A DNA stretch of 64,000 nucleotides from Candidatus Heimdallarchaeota archaeon (GCA_019058275.1 JAHLVW010000036.1:89322-153321); one strand, 5' to 3'. Shown: positions 8,362-19,697, counted from the first letter of the stretch. Made by a program: numbers and translations. The notes: generated by a model from the letters alone, not told the origin.

Positions 8362-10455
8362 TTGAAAAAGGAGTTTTTTATCTCAACAGTAATGGAGTTA
8401 CTAATTATGAAAATACGTCAGAAAAATGCTTCTTTCTTACTATCATTTGTTGTAATCATGCTTTTTTTTACAATTTATATTGATGTTTATAGTAGAAATG
8501 TTAGTGAGATAAAGCCAATTGTTTCAGCTTTAGAGATTTGTGAACCTGACGTTCTTGAACCAATGGTTGAGCATTTTGATTGGTTAATTATGATCTATTT
8601 AGATGGTGACAATAATCTGGAAGAAGATGCAATTAATGATTTCAATGAATTAGAAGATGGAATTGAAGTAGGTTCATCAATAGCTATCATCGTTCTTTTT
8701 GATCGAATACCCGGCGAAGACAGTTTAAATGATGATTGGACTGGTACAAGATTATTTAATGTAACATCTGATTCAGATGCTACAAATATAAATTCTGAAC
8801 TACTAGAAGATTGGGGTGAGAAAAACATGGGAGAAAGCAATACTTTAGAACTTTTCATAAATTATTGTTTTGACAAATATACTGCTGATAATTACTGGCT
8901 GAACATTTGGGATCATGGTGGAGGAGTTGTTGGTCTCTGTACAGATGATACAGATTCTGATTTTCTAACTCTTGATGAAATGCAACAAGCAATTGATGCA
9001 AGTACCACACTATATGCACAGGACTTTGATCTGATTTCCCATGATGCATGCTATATGAATATGATAGAGGTTGCATATGAATTAGAAGAATATACAGATT
9101 ATTTTGTTGGTTCTGAAGAATCAGTACCACTTGATGGTTTTGATTACTTAACGATTATTTCACAACTCGAATCTGATACTTCTATGAATGAAACTACTCT
9201 AGCAGAGATAATTGTTGATTCTTATAATGCATCCTACGATTCAATTTACTATGATGTCGCTCTTTCATGTCTGAATCTAAGTGTGTTTGATACTCTAATT
9301 CCTAATGTAAATAATTTTGCTGGTTATCTTTCTCTGGTTATTGATGATGGACAGGGAGCAAGTATTGAGAATGCTTACTTTAACACATTAATCTTAATGT
9401 TTGATTATTCAATTGATTTCATAAATTTCGTTGAAGAAATTATGGCTGATACCACATTAATGGCGACTTATCCTGATCTTAATAGTGCTGCTCAAGATCT
9501 TTTATCTAATCTTACATCTCTTGTTTTGTTTAATTACCAAAATAGCTACTATTCAGGTGATGCAAATGGAGTTACTATTTTCATGCCACTCATGAATTTT
9601 ATTAATTCACCTGATATAGATGATTATATAAATTCAAGTGTTAATTATGCAAACATTGATTGGCAAACTGATACTTTCTGGGATGAATTCTTAGCTGACT
9701 TCTATTCGAATTGTTTTGGAGTATCTCTAGCTTACGAAGAACTTTTACTAGGTGTTTCAACAGGTACACAAACAATTTCTCTGGGAGAAGGACATCTCTA
9801 TGCATTTGAAGTAGTTGAAGAAGGTCCATATGATATTAGAGTTAATATTGTAGATGGTGACGTTGATCTTTATTTATTTAATGGCACAGATTTATCTGAC
9901 ATGGCTTATAGTAAGCTATATAATTCAATTGATGGCTCTATTGAGAGAATCCGAGGTTATTTCATACCAGGAATTTACATTGTAGATATAATTGGTTGGA
10001 TGTATTCTAGTTATAATTTAGTAGTGAATCAATACACTTTGCCAATTGTTGAACCTAGTGAATCAATTACTGTCAGTAGTGGAACAGCATTAGGAGATGA
10101 GTCGGGTCATTACCAGCAAATTGTATATCACTATTTTGAGGTACCAATTACTGAACTAGGAAACTATACGTTCAGTTTATCTTATAATTCACATGCAGTT
10201 AACTACGATCTCTTTCTTTTAAATAAAGCATATAACTTGCAATATTATTCTGAATCTACTTCTTCTTTAGATTCCATAACAGTGAGCTTTAGCGAATCAG
10301 CAACAGTAATTGTATGTATATTTGGATTAACAGGATATGGATCATTTACTTTAGAAATAATACATCTTACACCTACTTCAGAAACTTCTGGATTAACTTT
10401 TATCTTTAGCTTTATTGCTTTGCTAGGAATGGCTTTTTGGAAAACGAAAAATTAG
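8362..10455 (+). CDS. Clostripain (C11) family cysteine peptidase, secreted, with PPC-like beta domains and a C-terminal membrane anchor
   Basis: IYLDGDNNLE, WDHGGG (His), HDACYM (Cys), GSEE. Signal peptide (start likely ATG 8408) and a C-terminal TM followed by basic residues. Confidence 0.9.
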   Translation: MKKEFFISTVMELLIMKIRQKNASFLLSFVVIMLFFTIYIDVYSRNVSEIKPIVSALEICEPDVLEPMVEHFDWLIMIYLDGDNNLEEDAINDFNELEDGIEVGSSIAIIVLFDRIPGEDSLNDDWTGTRLFNVTSDSDATNINSELLEDWGEKNMGESNTLELFINYCFDKYTADNYWLNIWDHGGGVVGLCTDDTDSDFLTLDEMQQAIDASTTLYAQDFDLISHDACYMNMIEVAYELEEYTDYFVGSEESVPLDGFDYLTIISQLESDTSMNETTLAEIIVDSYNASYDSIYYDVALSCLNLSVFDTLIPNVNNFAGYLSLVIDDGQGASIENAYFNTLILMFDYSIDFINFVEEIMADTTLMATYPDLNSAAQDLLSNLTSLVLFNYQNSYYSGDANGVTIFMPLMNFINSPDIDDYINSSVNYANIDWQTDTFWDEFLADFYSNCFGVSLAYEELLLGVSTGTQTISLGEGHLYAFEVVEEGPYDIRVNIVDGDVDLYLFNGTDLSDMAYSKLYNSIDGSIERIRGYFIPGIYIVDIIGWMYSSYNLVVNQYTLPIVEPSESITVSSGTALGDESGHYQQIVYHYFEVPITELGNYTFSLSYNSHAVNYDLFLLNKAYNLQYYSESTSSLDSITVSFSESATVIVCIFGLTGYGSFTLEIIHLTPTSETSGLTFIFSFIALLGMAFWKTKN

Positions 10456-10551
10456 AAAATAGATTTTTAACAGATTTATTTTCTTTTAATTTTTTCTAAG
10501 TTTTACCTATCGTCAAAAATAAAACTGAAAATAAAATTTGATATCCAGCAA

Positions 10552-10965
10552 TCAATCTTCCCAATCAAGAGTTTTCCAGAAATTATAGAAGATGTCAGCT
10601 TCTTCTAGATATTCAAAACCAACTTTGTCTATAAATAACCAAATATAACGTTTACCTACAATAAACAAATCAGATAATTCATTCTCTTCTTGCGAATAAT
10701 GCACAAAGGAATTGATGCTTAGCATTTGTAGTACTTTCTGATAGATTTCCAATTTGGTATCGGATGCATGTTGTATGGATAAAATCATCTCTCCATTATC
10801 ATTAGTGAATACCAATCCTCTACTATCAAAAACCCCACGTAGATATGCGCTTAAATTTCCTTTCTTCCAGGTGAGCACATCTTCGGGATTTGTTTCAGAT
10901 TCATCAATTTTCTTACTATAACTTCGAAGATTATAAATTGGTTTATCTTCATTTTTATGACTCAC
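10552..10965 (-). CDS. Free-standing single LAGLIDADG-like domain protein
   Basis: AYLRGVFDSRG helix followed by the L...GI.S and F...VGF pattern of intein-type endonuclease domains; no splicing motifs. Confidence 0.65.
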   Translation of the reverse strand: MSHKNEDKPIYNLRSYSKKIDESETNPEDVLTWKKGNLSAYLRGVFDSRGLVFTNDNGEMILSIQHASDTKLEIYQKVLQMLSINSFVHYSQEENELSDLFIVGKRYIWLFIDKVGFEYLEEADIFYNFWKTLDWED

Positions 10966-11104
10966 AGCAATAACTCTCTTGGTATTTTTTGATTCAATTT
11001 GCTTTTATCAAATAATCCTCTGAAATTATATATAAAAACAACTAAAAAATCTAGCAATCACAAATTAGTTGGTTTTAAAAGAAAGAAAAATGATAAAGAT
11101 TATT

Positions 11105-11582
11105 CTAACTCTTTATCCATTTTGAAATTTCCTTACATTCCTTTTCGATTCTTTCTATAACTCCTTCTTTAAATGGTCCTTCAGCAGTTTTCACTTGGCC
11201 ATCTATCCATTCAGGGTAAACATTGGCAATTACATTTCCCTTTTTTAATGACTCATTAAATCTGTTACCTTTGTTCTTTATTTTATCAAAATCTAGCACA
11301 TGAGTAACAAAGGAAATACCATATTTTATGCTCTTTTTGTTTTTGTTCAATTGTCCTTTTAATTTTCGTAACCATTTCTTAGATACAGGACTTATCATAA
11401 AAATCCTAACAGCAGTACCAACAATAAGAACATCTGGGGAATCATTGGCAACCATTTCGGGGGCTGTATTTTTTATATAGACCAATATTAACATCCATTT
11501 TTTTACCCAAGACTTCTCCTAAAGTCTTCGCTAACTTCTCACCATTACCAAAAGTAGAATCATGAACTATCCATAGTTTCAC
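11105..11582 (-). pseudogene. Flavodoxin-domain protein with a 1-nt frameshift
   Basis: GTG at 11582 gives MKLWIVHDSTFGNGEKLAKTL (FMN P-loop), joining ORF 11105..11494 after one extra base near 11480. Span is 478 nt (3n+1). Confidence 0.75.
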
Positions 11583-11750
11583 AGATTATCACAATAATAT
11601 TAACAAAGATTTCTTGGTTGAAAGCTAATATAAACATTAGTTTTCAATTTCAATCATATTATTGTTTTTCTGTAAGTTAAATCAAAATAACTAAAAATGA
11701 AGACATCCCCAATAATAGTGGTTTGAAAAAATTCTGGGAAGAAGATACAA

Positions 11751-12785
11751 TTGAAGAAGAATAAGGTAATATCACTTTTAGTTCGATTCAGTATACTAAT
11801 GGTTGTGTCAGTTACATTAATTGTTAGTAGTGTTTTAATCGCTTATTACCCACCAGCTCAATATAACTATACTGATGAGAGTTTTAATTTTGAATTAAAA
11901 CCTGAATATAATGAAACTCAGTTCAACATAGTTTTTGATCATCATAGTCACACAAAGTACTCAGATGGCATTTTAACAGTTGAACATAACATACTATGGC
12001 ATATTGCTCATGGATTCAATGCTATGGCTTTATCTGATCATAATACTCTTGATAATGCAGATGAGCTTGCAATAATGGTTAATAAATATAAAGATCAGAT
12101 AGTAATAATTCAAGGATTTGAATGGACTACAAATCGTATTCATCTTAATTTTATTGGAATTTCTGAAGATATTCCTGTACCATCAAATAAATCCACTGAT
12201 GTAGAAATCCAAGAAGCTATTGATGCTGCTCATGATCAAGGTGGAATTGTTATTGTTAATCACATTCCCTGGAGTTTGCCAATTATGCCCGATCATCCTA
12301 CTCGAGCTCAATTACTCGCTTGGGAAGTTGATTATATAGAGATTGTCAATGAAAACATCTATGATGAAGAATCAGTACCATGGTGCAACAACACTGGAGG
12401 GTTTGGTATGATTACTGGCACTGATATGCATTATCCAATGAATGTTTACAGTTGGACTTTAATGAATACTACAAGCTTTACTGCAACAGCTGTTATGGAA
12501 CAATTATCAGCAAGAAATACAACTATTCTTTATGATAGAGCTAGTCAGGTTGATCAAACAACAGGTCCACCGAGTGTAAAATATAAACTAGTTAAACCTT
12601 TAATTTCCATTGGTAGGAATTTTAAACCAACAGATATTGCTGTTGGTTTAATTGACTGGCAAGCTTTTGGCATCGCAATTGCTTATATTATTGTTGGTTT
12701 TGTGGTTGTAGAATCGGTAACTATTGGAATAGCTGCCATAAGAAAACGAAAGAAAAAGGAAGATTACGATAAATACTATGATTAG
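11751..12785 (+). CDS. PHP-domain metallophosphoesterase with N- and C-terminal TM segments
   Basis: DHHSHTKYSDG, LSDHN, GFEWT...H, VNHIP and GTDMH motifs. Confidence 0.88.
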   Translation: MKKNKVISLLVRFSILMVVSVTLIVSSVLIAYYPPAQYNYTDESFNFELKPEYNETQFNIVFDHHSHTKYSDGILTVEHNILWHIAHGFNAMALSDHNTLDNADELAIMVNKYKDQIVIIQGFEWTTNRIHLNFIGISEDIPVPSNKSTDVEIQEAIDAAHDQGGIVIVNHIPWSLPIMPDHPTRAQLLAWEVDYIEIVNENIYDEESVPWCNNTGGFGMITGTDMHYPMNVYSWTLMNTTSFTATAVMEQLSARNTTILYDRASQVDQTTGPPSVKYKLVKPLISIGRNFKPTDIAVGLIDWQAFGIAIAYIIVGFVVVESVTIGIAAIRKRKKKEDYDKYYD

Positions 12786-12892
12786 AATGATGTTGGAGCA
12801 ATTACAATCAATTGTTTCAATTATTTCTTTGTTTTTTAACAAAATTTTCGATAGCAAAATATATCAGCATTAAACCTATTTGTTGCTTTAAT

Positions 12893-13972
12893 ATGGTCGA
12901 AAAATCCTTCTCTATAGATGCTCCTGGTAGAGTATTCCTTTTCGGAGAACATAGTGATTATCTAGGATTAGAAGTTATCTCAGCTGCTCTGAACAAGACA
13001 ATAACTATTGATGTGAAACCAAATGCTGAGAAACAGATTCATATTAAGTATACAGATCTTGCTGAAGTAGATAGTTTTGAAATATCTGATAATTTGATTT
13101 ATAGACATAAACGCGATTATGTGAGAAGCTCACTAAATGTTTTAAAAAATAATAATATCATTCCAAAGAATGGAGCTTCTTTGGAAATTTCTGGGAGCAT
13201 ACCAATTGCTGCTGGGTTATCAAGCTCATCAGCCCTTTCAGTTGCAAGTATATTGACCTTTTCAAAATTAGCTGATGTTGAATTAAATAAAGAAGAAGTC
13301 GCTCAATATGCATTTGAAGCTGAAGTGCTTGAGTTTGGCGAGAGTGGTGGAATGATGGATCATCTCGCATCAATTTTCGGAGGGATAATTCATGTGGACT
13401 TTGGTCATCAGTTTAAAATCACTCCATTATCAACCAAAATTACTGGATTAATCATTGGCGATTCTTTAGAAAAAAAGAAAGATACAGTAGGGGATTTGAG
13501 AATGATTAGAACCAACGTAGAAGCAGGTTATAATCAACTCAAGAATTATATTCAAGGTTTTGATCACAGATTAACTTCACTTGATGATGTATTGACTCAT
13601 ATTGGAAAAATATCCGATTCGACTAGTAGAATGATGACCGAAGCAACCATCCGCAACCGTGATTTAACGAGAGAAGCACTGCAATATCTTATAGAAGGAG
13701 CTAAAGAACCTAATACTTTTGGTAAGTTGATTGATAGACATCACATGTTAATGAAAGATGGACTTAGACGCTCTACAAAGAAAATTGAGAGGATGATTTT
13801 AGCAGCTAAGGATGCTGGAGCCTTAGGAGGTAAAATTAATGGTAGTGGTGGAGGAGGTACTATGCTTGCATATGCTCCTGGGAAGGAGGATGATGTAGCT
13901 AATGCTTTAGAGGATGTTGGTGGTAAACCTTACATTGTTAAAATTAGTGATGGGGCTTCTATTAGATATTAA
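12893..13972 (+). CDS. GHMP-family sugar kinase (galactokinase-like)
   Basis: APGRVFLFGEHSDY, PIAAGLSSSSA, GMMDH, GGKINGSGGGG. ATG 12893 chosen over the ORF-track start at 12812. Confidence 0.85.
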   Translation: MVEKSFSIDAPGRVFLFGEHSDYLGLEVISAALNKTITIDVKPNAEKQIHIKYTDLAEVDSFEISDNLIYRHKRDYVRSSLNVLKNNNIIPKNGASLEISGSIPIAAGLSSSSALSVASILTFSKLADVELNKEEVAQYAFEAEVLEFGESGGMMDHLASIFGGIIHVDFGHQFKITPLSTKITGLIIGDSLEKKKDTVGDLRMIRTNVEAGYNQLKNYIQGFDHRLTSLDDVLTHIGKISDSTSRMMTEATIRNRDLTREALQYLIEGAKEPNTFGKLIDRHHMLMKDGLRRSTKKIERMILAAKDAGALGGKINGSGGGGTMLAYAPGKEDDVANALEDVGGKPYIVKISDGASIRY

Positions 13973-14029
13973 GGAACTAATTCTATTTAGAGAGATAATT
14001 ATTGTAACAGTGTAAGTATATGCTGTTGT

Positions 14030-14596
14030 GTGATTTTGAATAAAGAGTCAACATTGGATGAGAGTAATGACAAAATAGATGGTAAAGGAATCATTTGTGA
14101 GGTTACTTTTCAGAATAAGATAGTAGCTATAATTTACAAACAACCAGGGACTCTGTCTAATTGGAACACAATTCGAGAAAAATTGTTTAAGCATATTGAA
14201 GAGAAATTGCTCAAAAAGATAGTTGATAGAGGTTTAAAGAAACCACATCATAAAGATCTAATCAAAAACAATTACAGCGATTTTAGTCGTTTCTTTGAAC
14301 GTAAAATTCGTTATCTAATTTCACACTATATTAAATTAGGAAAATTCGATGTTATATTTTCTGACTATAATTCAAAATTAGAAAAAGAAATAGAACTAAA
14401 TCTAAAAGAATCAATCCAATCAGAAAATAAACACGAAATGGAAACAAAAATTTCTGATGTAAATAAGCAAATTGACTTTATACAACAGAATGATTTAGTT
14501 GATATGCTACAAGAATCATTGTTAAAGGATAGAGATTTTCTTGATAATATTTTGAATTATACCTCTGAGTTCATTTATTACTTGGTTATGTTCTAA
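14030..14596 (+). CDS. Hypothetical protein
   Basis: 188-aa ORF with protein-like composition and no recognised motif. Confidence 0.55.
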   Translation: MILNKESTLDESNDKIDGKGIICEVTFQNKIVAIIYKQPGTLSNWNTIREKLFKHIEEKLLKKIVDRGLKKPHHKDLIKNNYSDFSRFFERKIRYLISHYIKLGKFDVIFSDYNSKLEKEIELNLKESIQSENKHEMETKISDVNKQIDFIQQNDLVDMLQESLLKDRDFLDNILNYTSEFIYYLVMF

Positions 14597-14646
14597 AGAT
14601 GATTTCATTCTGAATAAATCTTAAATTCATTGAATTACATTTTTGC

Positions 14647-15369
14647 TTAGCTGGTTGTGAGTGTTTTGATAAAAGTATCCTCCAACTGCTTCAATATCTC
14701 TGGTTTCTCTAATAACAAAATGAAAATTGCTGCATAAAGATTGATATAATTGATTTTATCAAGGCTTGTTTTACTATATAGATCAGATAGCTTTTCACTG
14801 TCCTTTGCTTTATCTAACAGATCCATAACGATTCTATTTTCTTCACCAGCAACTGCTTTAAATAACTCAAAAACTGCTTTTGATTCCGCTGGTTGTTTGC
14901 TAAAATATTCAGTTACAAGTATGTTCAGTTTTTCTGATATCATCTTACCTTTTTCTTTCTCCCACCACTTATAATCATCATCTTGTTTTTGGAAAAAGAT
15001 ACTTGCAGTTCGAGCATACAACTTTTCAGCTATTCGACTTCCTTCTGTCATTCTATGGCCTGCAACAGCGACTAAACCAGTTTTTTCCATCTTTTCTAAA
15101 TGACGATATATTGTCTTTATTGTAAATCGATGTTTGTTTGCTTCTTTCTCAAAGAATAGATTGTGAATCTCCTTTGCTGTCATGTACTTGTTTCGTAAAG
15201 CTCCTATAATTTCATATCTTTCATAGAGTATTTTTGATTCGTCAGCTTCAAGAAACTTCACTACTTTTGGTTTAAAAGAAATGTAATCTTTGTGTTTACG
15301 AGTTTTATTATTCTCGCTATTCTTTTCTTCCATGACGCTCACTACTTTAATTAAAAGTTTTACTGACAT
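14647..15369 (-). CDS. Winged-helix DNA-binding protein (ArsR-like), divergent from the aldo/keto reductase cluster
   Basis: MTAKEIH...TIKTIYRHLEKMEKTGLV...EKLYARTA. Start may be the ATG of MEEKNS. Confidence 0.75.
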   Translation of the reverse strand: MSVKLLIKVVSVMEEKNSENNKTRKHKDYISFKPKVVKFLEADESKILYERYEIIGALRNKYMTAKEIHNLFFEKEANKHRFTIKTIYRHLEKMEKTGLVAVAGHRMTEGSRIAEKLYARTASIFFQKQDDDYKWWEKEKGKMISEKLNILVTEYFSKQPAESKAVFELFKAVAGEENRIVMDLLDKAKDSEKLSDLYSKTSLDKINYINLYAAIFILLLEKPEILKQLEDTFIKTLTTS

Positions 15370-15494
15370 ATAAGGTTATCAGTGTGTATTGTTAAAGACA
15401 ATCAATAACACTCATGGAAATACTAATATACAAAAGAGACAATGAATGTTATAATATGTCACTTGTTATGGATTGTTTTAAGTGAGGAATTATA

Positions 15495-16655
15495 GTGGAA
15501 AAAAGAAAATTAGGAAACACAGGAATAGAAACTTCGATTTTAGGTTTTGGTTGTATGAGATTACCAACTATCAAAGTAGGTGAAAATGCAATAAAACATG
15601 ATGAAGCAATCAAAATTATTCGTAAGGGAATTGACGGTGGAATAAACTATGTTGATTCTGCGTATAATTATCATGCTGATGAAAGTGAAATTGTACTTGG
15701 TAAAGCTTTGAAAGATGGTTATAGAGAAAAAGTAACACTAGCAACAAAAGCACCAGTTTGGAAAGCTGAATACAATAAACCTGAGCATTTCGAAGAATAT
15801 CTTGATGAGCAATTAAAGAAATTGCAAGTAGATACCATTGATGTCTATTTGCTTCATGCATTAAATGAAGCTCGATGGAAAAAAATTCAAGATCTGAAAT
15901 TATATGAACGAGCAGAAGTTGCTAAGAAAGAAGGAAAGATCAAGCATCTAGCATTCTCTTTCCATGATAAACCAGAGATTCTAAAGGAAATAATCGATTC
16001 CAGTTATTTTGAGGTAATGCTAGTTCAGTACAATGCATTAGATACAGTTAATGAAGAAATGATAAAATATGCTCATGTTAAAGGAATTGGAGTAGTAATA
16101 ATGGGTCCTGTTGGTGGAGGAAGATTATCTGGAAATCCACCAAAAGATATGCAAAACCTTCTTACTGAGGGACGAACAAATTTCACAGATTTAGCATTGA
16201 AATTCGTTTGGACCAATCCTAATGTATCTGTAGCACTCTCAGGTATGGGTTCTGAGGAAATGGTTGATGATAATTTAGCAGTTACCTCAGGTGATTACAA
16301 ATTAACAGAGAAAGAGATGAAGAATGTCAAGATCATCACTGAGAAATTCAAAAAATTGACAGACAACATTTGTACAGGCTGTAATTATTGTATGCCTTGC
16401 CCTAATGAGGTTGAAATCTCCTTCATCTTTGAATCGCTTATCTATCATGATGTTTATGGTGATCTAGAACAAGCTAAAATTTACTACTCAAAGATTGGTG
16501 AGCCCGATTGGCCACCAGGGGAAAACGCAACTGCATGTATTGAATGTGGTGAATGTGAACCTAAGTGCCCACAGAAAATACCCATCATAGATCAACTAAA
16601 GAAGGCTCATAAAGTATTATCCCAATTAGGATCTTCTAGATCAAAAGATAACTGA
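15495..16655 (+). CDS. Aldo/keto reductase with a C-terminal 4Fe-4S dicluster
   Basis: LGFGCMRLP, NYVDSAYNY, ATK, LLHAL; CTGCNYCMPCP and CIECGECEPKCP. Confidence 0.92.
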   Translation: MEKRKLGNTGIETSILGFGCMRLPTIKVGENAIKHDEAIKIIRKGIDGGINYVDSAYNYHADESEIVLGKALKDGYREKVTLATKAPVWKAEYNKPEHFEEYLDEQLKKLQVDTIDVYLLHALNEARWKKIQDLKLYERAEVAKKEGKIKHLAFSFHDKPEILKEIIDSSYFEVMLVQYNALDTVNEEMIKYAHVKGIGVVIMGPVGGGRLSGNPPKDMQNLLTEGRTNFTDLALKFVWTNPNVSVALSGMGSEEMVDDNLAVTSGDYKLTEKEMKNVKIITEKFKKLTDNICTGCNYCMPCPNEVEISFIFESLIYHDVYGDLEQAKIYYSKIGEPDWPPGENATACIECGECEPKCPQKIPIIDQLKKAHKVLSQLGSSRSKDN

Positions 16656-16724
16656 GCTAATACTCGGTTATCTCAATTTATTAGACAATACATTAACTAA
16701 AATTAATATTATGAGGGTTGGAAT

Positions 16725-17747
16725 TTGGAACAAATTCGATTAGGTAGAACAAACTTAAAAGTTTCTCGAGTGGGCATTGGTGGTATACCTTTACAGCGTC
16801 CTTCAGAGAAGAAAGCTATAGAAGTAGTTCAATATGCTGTTGATAATGGAATCAGTATTATTGATACTTCAATTGGTTATGGTACTAGTGAGGAGAGAAT
16901 TGGTAAAGCACTCGTTGGACGAAGAGATGAAGTTATATTAATTACCAGAACTGGTGTGATAGATAAACAACGTGCAACTGAGCATTTAGAGAAAAGCCTA
17001 AGGCAATTACAAACTGATTTTATTGATATTTATGAATTGCATAATATTAGTACTGCTGTAAGGTATCAAGCAGCTACTAGTGAAGGTGGTTCATTAGAAG
17101 CAATTTATGAAGCACAAGATAAAGGTAAGATTGGGTATATTGGAATAACAAGTCACTGTATGAAAACAATCAAAACTGCTGTTAAATCAGAATTATTTGA
17201 TATCATACTTTTTCCATTTAATTTTGTAAACAATGAATCTGCTAGTGAGTTAGTTCCTTTAACAAAAAAATATGATATTGGGTTTACTGCGATGAAACCT
17301 TTCGCTGGTGGAAGACTAAATGATGCTAATCTAGCAATAAAGTATCTTTTACAATTCGATAATGTTGTTCCAGTACCTGGTGTAGAAAAGAAACAAGAAA
17401 TTGATGAAATTTTGGATGTTGTTAATGGTTCCTGGGTAATGACTGGTGAAGAAAGTCGTAAAATAGAAAATATCCGAAAGGAATTAGGTAATCCATTTTG
17501 TCAATGGTGTGGTTATTGTGAACCAGGATGCCCACAAGAAATCTCTATTCCCATGATTATTAATGCTGAAGGCATGTGGAAACTTTGGCCCCATGAAAGG
17601 ATTGTAAATAATTACAAAGAGCTTCTAGTAACTGCAAAAACCTGTATTGATTGTGGGGAATGCGAAGAAAATTGCCCTTATAATCTACCAATCAGAGAAA
17701 TGATGGCTGAAAGTATTGAATATATCGAAAGAAAAATTGAGATTTAG
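16725..17747 (+). CDS. Aldo/keto reductase with a C-terminal 4Fe-4S dicluster
   Basis: GIGGIP, DTSIGYG, MKPFAGG; CQWCGYCEPGCP and CIDCGECEENCP. Confidence 0.92.
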   Translation: MEQIRLGRTNLKVSRVGIGGIPLQRPSEKKAIEVVQYAVDNGISIIDTSIGYGTSEERIGKALVGRRDEVILITRTGVIDKQRATEHLEKSLRQLQTDFIDIYELHNISTAVRYQAATSEGGSLEAIYEAQDKGKIGYIGITSHCMKTIKTAVKSELFDIILFPFNFVNNESASELVPLTKKYDIGFTAMKPFAGGRLNDANLAIKYLLQFDNVVPVPGVEKKQEIDEILDVVNGSWVMTGEESRKIENIRKELGNPFCQWCGYCEPGCPQEISIPMIINAEGMWKLWPHERIVNNYKELLVTAKTCIDCGECEENCPYNLPIREMMAESIEYIERKIEI

Positions 17748-17762
17748 ATAAGGTGATTAAGA

Positions 17763-18326
17763 ATGAATGAAAAAAAAGAAAGAATATTAGGTATTGTTGA
17801 CAGTCCTCGTAAGGGAGGAAATACTGAGACATTGGTTGATGAAGTTTTAGCAGGAGCTAAAGAAGCTGGTGCTGAAATATCAAAAATCATCCTCAATGAT
17901 TTAAATATTGGATATTGTCAAGCGTGTAATTCATGTGCAAATAATGGTAAATGCAGATATGATGATGATATGACTAAAATCAATAAGGAAATGAGTGAGA
18001 GTACTATTTTTGTTTTCGGAACCCCAGTTTACTATTGGGGTCCAACGGGTATATTCAAAACATTTCATGATCGTTTACTAGCTACTTCAAGACAAGGAAT
18101 AATCAAAGGCAAAAAAGCAATACTTGTTGTTCCGTTGGGTGGTCCTGCATCAGTAGCACGACATACAGTAGGAATGCTAGAAGATGCATTGAATTATCAA
18201 ATAGCAGATCTAGTTGCTCAAATAGTCTCTCCTTCAACGATGGAAATTGAGGATTTAAAACAGAAAAAAGACATCCTAAAACAAGCGTATAAAGTTCGTT
18301 ATGATGCTGTTAAGAAAACAACCTAA
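17763..18326 (+). CDS. Iron-sulfur flavoprotein / NADPH-dependent FMN reductase family
   Basis: SPRKGGNT, CQACNSC-x5-C, GTPVYY, KTFHDR. Confidence 0.88.
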   Translation: MNEKKERILGIVDSPRKGGNTETLVDEVLAGAKEAGAEISKIILNDLNIGYCQACNSCANNGKCRYDDDMTKINKEMSESTIFVFGTPVYYWGPTGIFKTFHDRLLATSRQGIIKGKKAILVVPLGGPASVARHTVGMLEDALNYQIADLVAQIVSPSTMEIEDLKQKKDILKQAYKVRYDAVKKTT

Positions 18327-18363
18327 TAATGAAGAATGATCAGAAGAAGTGAGGAATGAATAA

Positions 18364-19575
18364 ATGAAATACCGTAAATTTGGTAAACTAGATTGGAAAG
18401 CATCTGTATTGGGATTTGGTTGTATGCGATTGCCATTAATTGATGATGATTATTCCAAAATTGATGAACCTGAAGCAACAAAAATGATACATTATGCAAT
18501 AGATAATGGTATCAATTATCTGGATACAGCCTATAATTACCACCAAGGGAATAGCGAGGTTTTCCTTGGAAAAGCATTGCAAAATGGTTATCGTGAAAAA
18601 GTCAAGCTTGCAACCAAACTCTTACCTATAGAAGTAAAGCAGTATGAGGATTTTGATAAGTTGCTCAACGAGCAGCTAGAAAAACTACAAACTGATTATG
18701 TTGATTTTTATCTTCTTCATGGAATAAATAGACGATGGTTTCCAAAACTGCGTGATCTAGGTGTACTAAAATGGGCTGAAGGAGCTATTGAAGATGGTCG
18801 AATAAAGCATTTAGGCTTTTCATTTCATGATGAATTGGACATTTTCAAAAAAATAGTAGATTCCTATGAAAACTGGACATTCTGTCAAATTCTCTATAAT
18901 TATATGAGTTCAGAGTATCAAGCTGGAACATTAGGATTGAAGTATGCTGCTGCAAAAGGATTGGCAGTTGTGATTATGAGTCCATTACTTGGCAGTTGGT
19001 TAGCTAAAGCACCCCAAGCTGTTCAAGATATATGGGATACTGCTCCAGTAAAACGAACTTCTGCAGAATGGGGTTTACAGTGGTTGTGGAATCAACCAGA
19101 AGTATCTGTTGTCTTAAGTGGTATGAGTACAATGGAAGTAGTTCAGGAGAACATTAATAGTGCAAAAACTTCTGCAATTGGTAAATTAACAAAGGAAGAA
19201 TTAGCTATTATAAATAAGGCAAGAGAAGTCTACCATAGGCTAAGAGAAATACCATGTAATAGTTGTGGTTATTGTATGGATTGTCCAAATGGAGTCGATA
19301 TTCCTTATAATTTTAAGTTATTCAATGAAGGTTCAATGTATGAAAATGTACAACGTGCAAGAGGTTGGTACAGATTTATGGTGGATGGTTATGAGGGTGA
19401 TTACCACCGAGAAAAAGGACAAGCTGTCAAATGTACACAATGTCGGGAATGCGAATTAAAATGCCCACAAAATATAGCAATAAGTGAATGGATGCCTATT
19501 GTTCATCAAGTTCTGGGCGAAAGAAAATCATATGATGACTTTCCAAAACCTAAGCAACTAGTGCCTAAAAGATAA
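18364..19575 (+). CDS. Aldo/keto reductase with a C-terminal 4Fe-4S dicluster
   Basis: LGFGCMRLP, YLDTAYNY, LSGMS; CNSCGYCMDCP and CTQCRECELKCP. Confidence 0.92.
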   Translation: MKYRKFGKLDWKASVLGFGCMRLPLIDDDYSKIDEPEATKMIHYAIDNGINYLDTAYNYHQGNSEVFLGKALQNGYREKVKLATKLLPIEVKQYEDFDKLLNEQLEKLQTDYVDFYLLHGINRRWFPKLRDLGVLKWAEGAIEDGRIKHLGFSFHDELDIFKKIVDSYENWTFCQILYNYMSSEYQAGTLGLKYAAAKGLAVVIMSPLLGSWLAKAPQAVQDIWDTAPVKRTSAEWGLQWLWNQPEVSVVLSGMSTMEVVQENINSAKTSAIGKLTKEELAIINKAREVYHRLREIPCNSCGYCMDCPNGVDIPYNFKLFNEGSMYENVQRARGWYRFMVDGYEGDYHREKGQAVKCTQCRECELKCPQNIAISEWMPIVHQVLGERKSYDDFPKPKQLVPKR

Positions 19576-19697
19576 TTTACTCAATTAAAAACCCCTAAAT
19601 CAAGAGAAAGAGCAATTGAATACAGGTTTTCTTAAACATAATAAAATCTCAAGATACGAAAAGGAGATTTAATATACAATTTGATGAGGACTGATGA

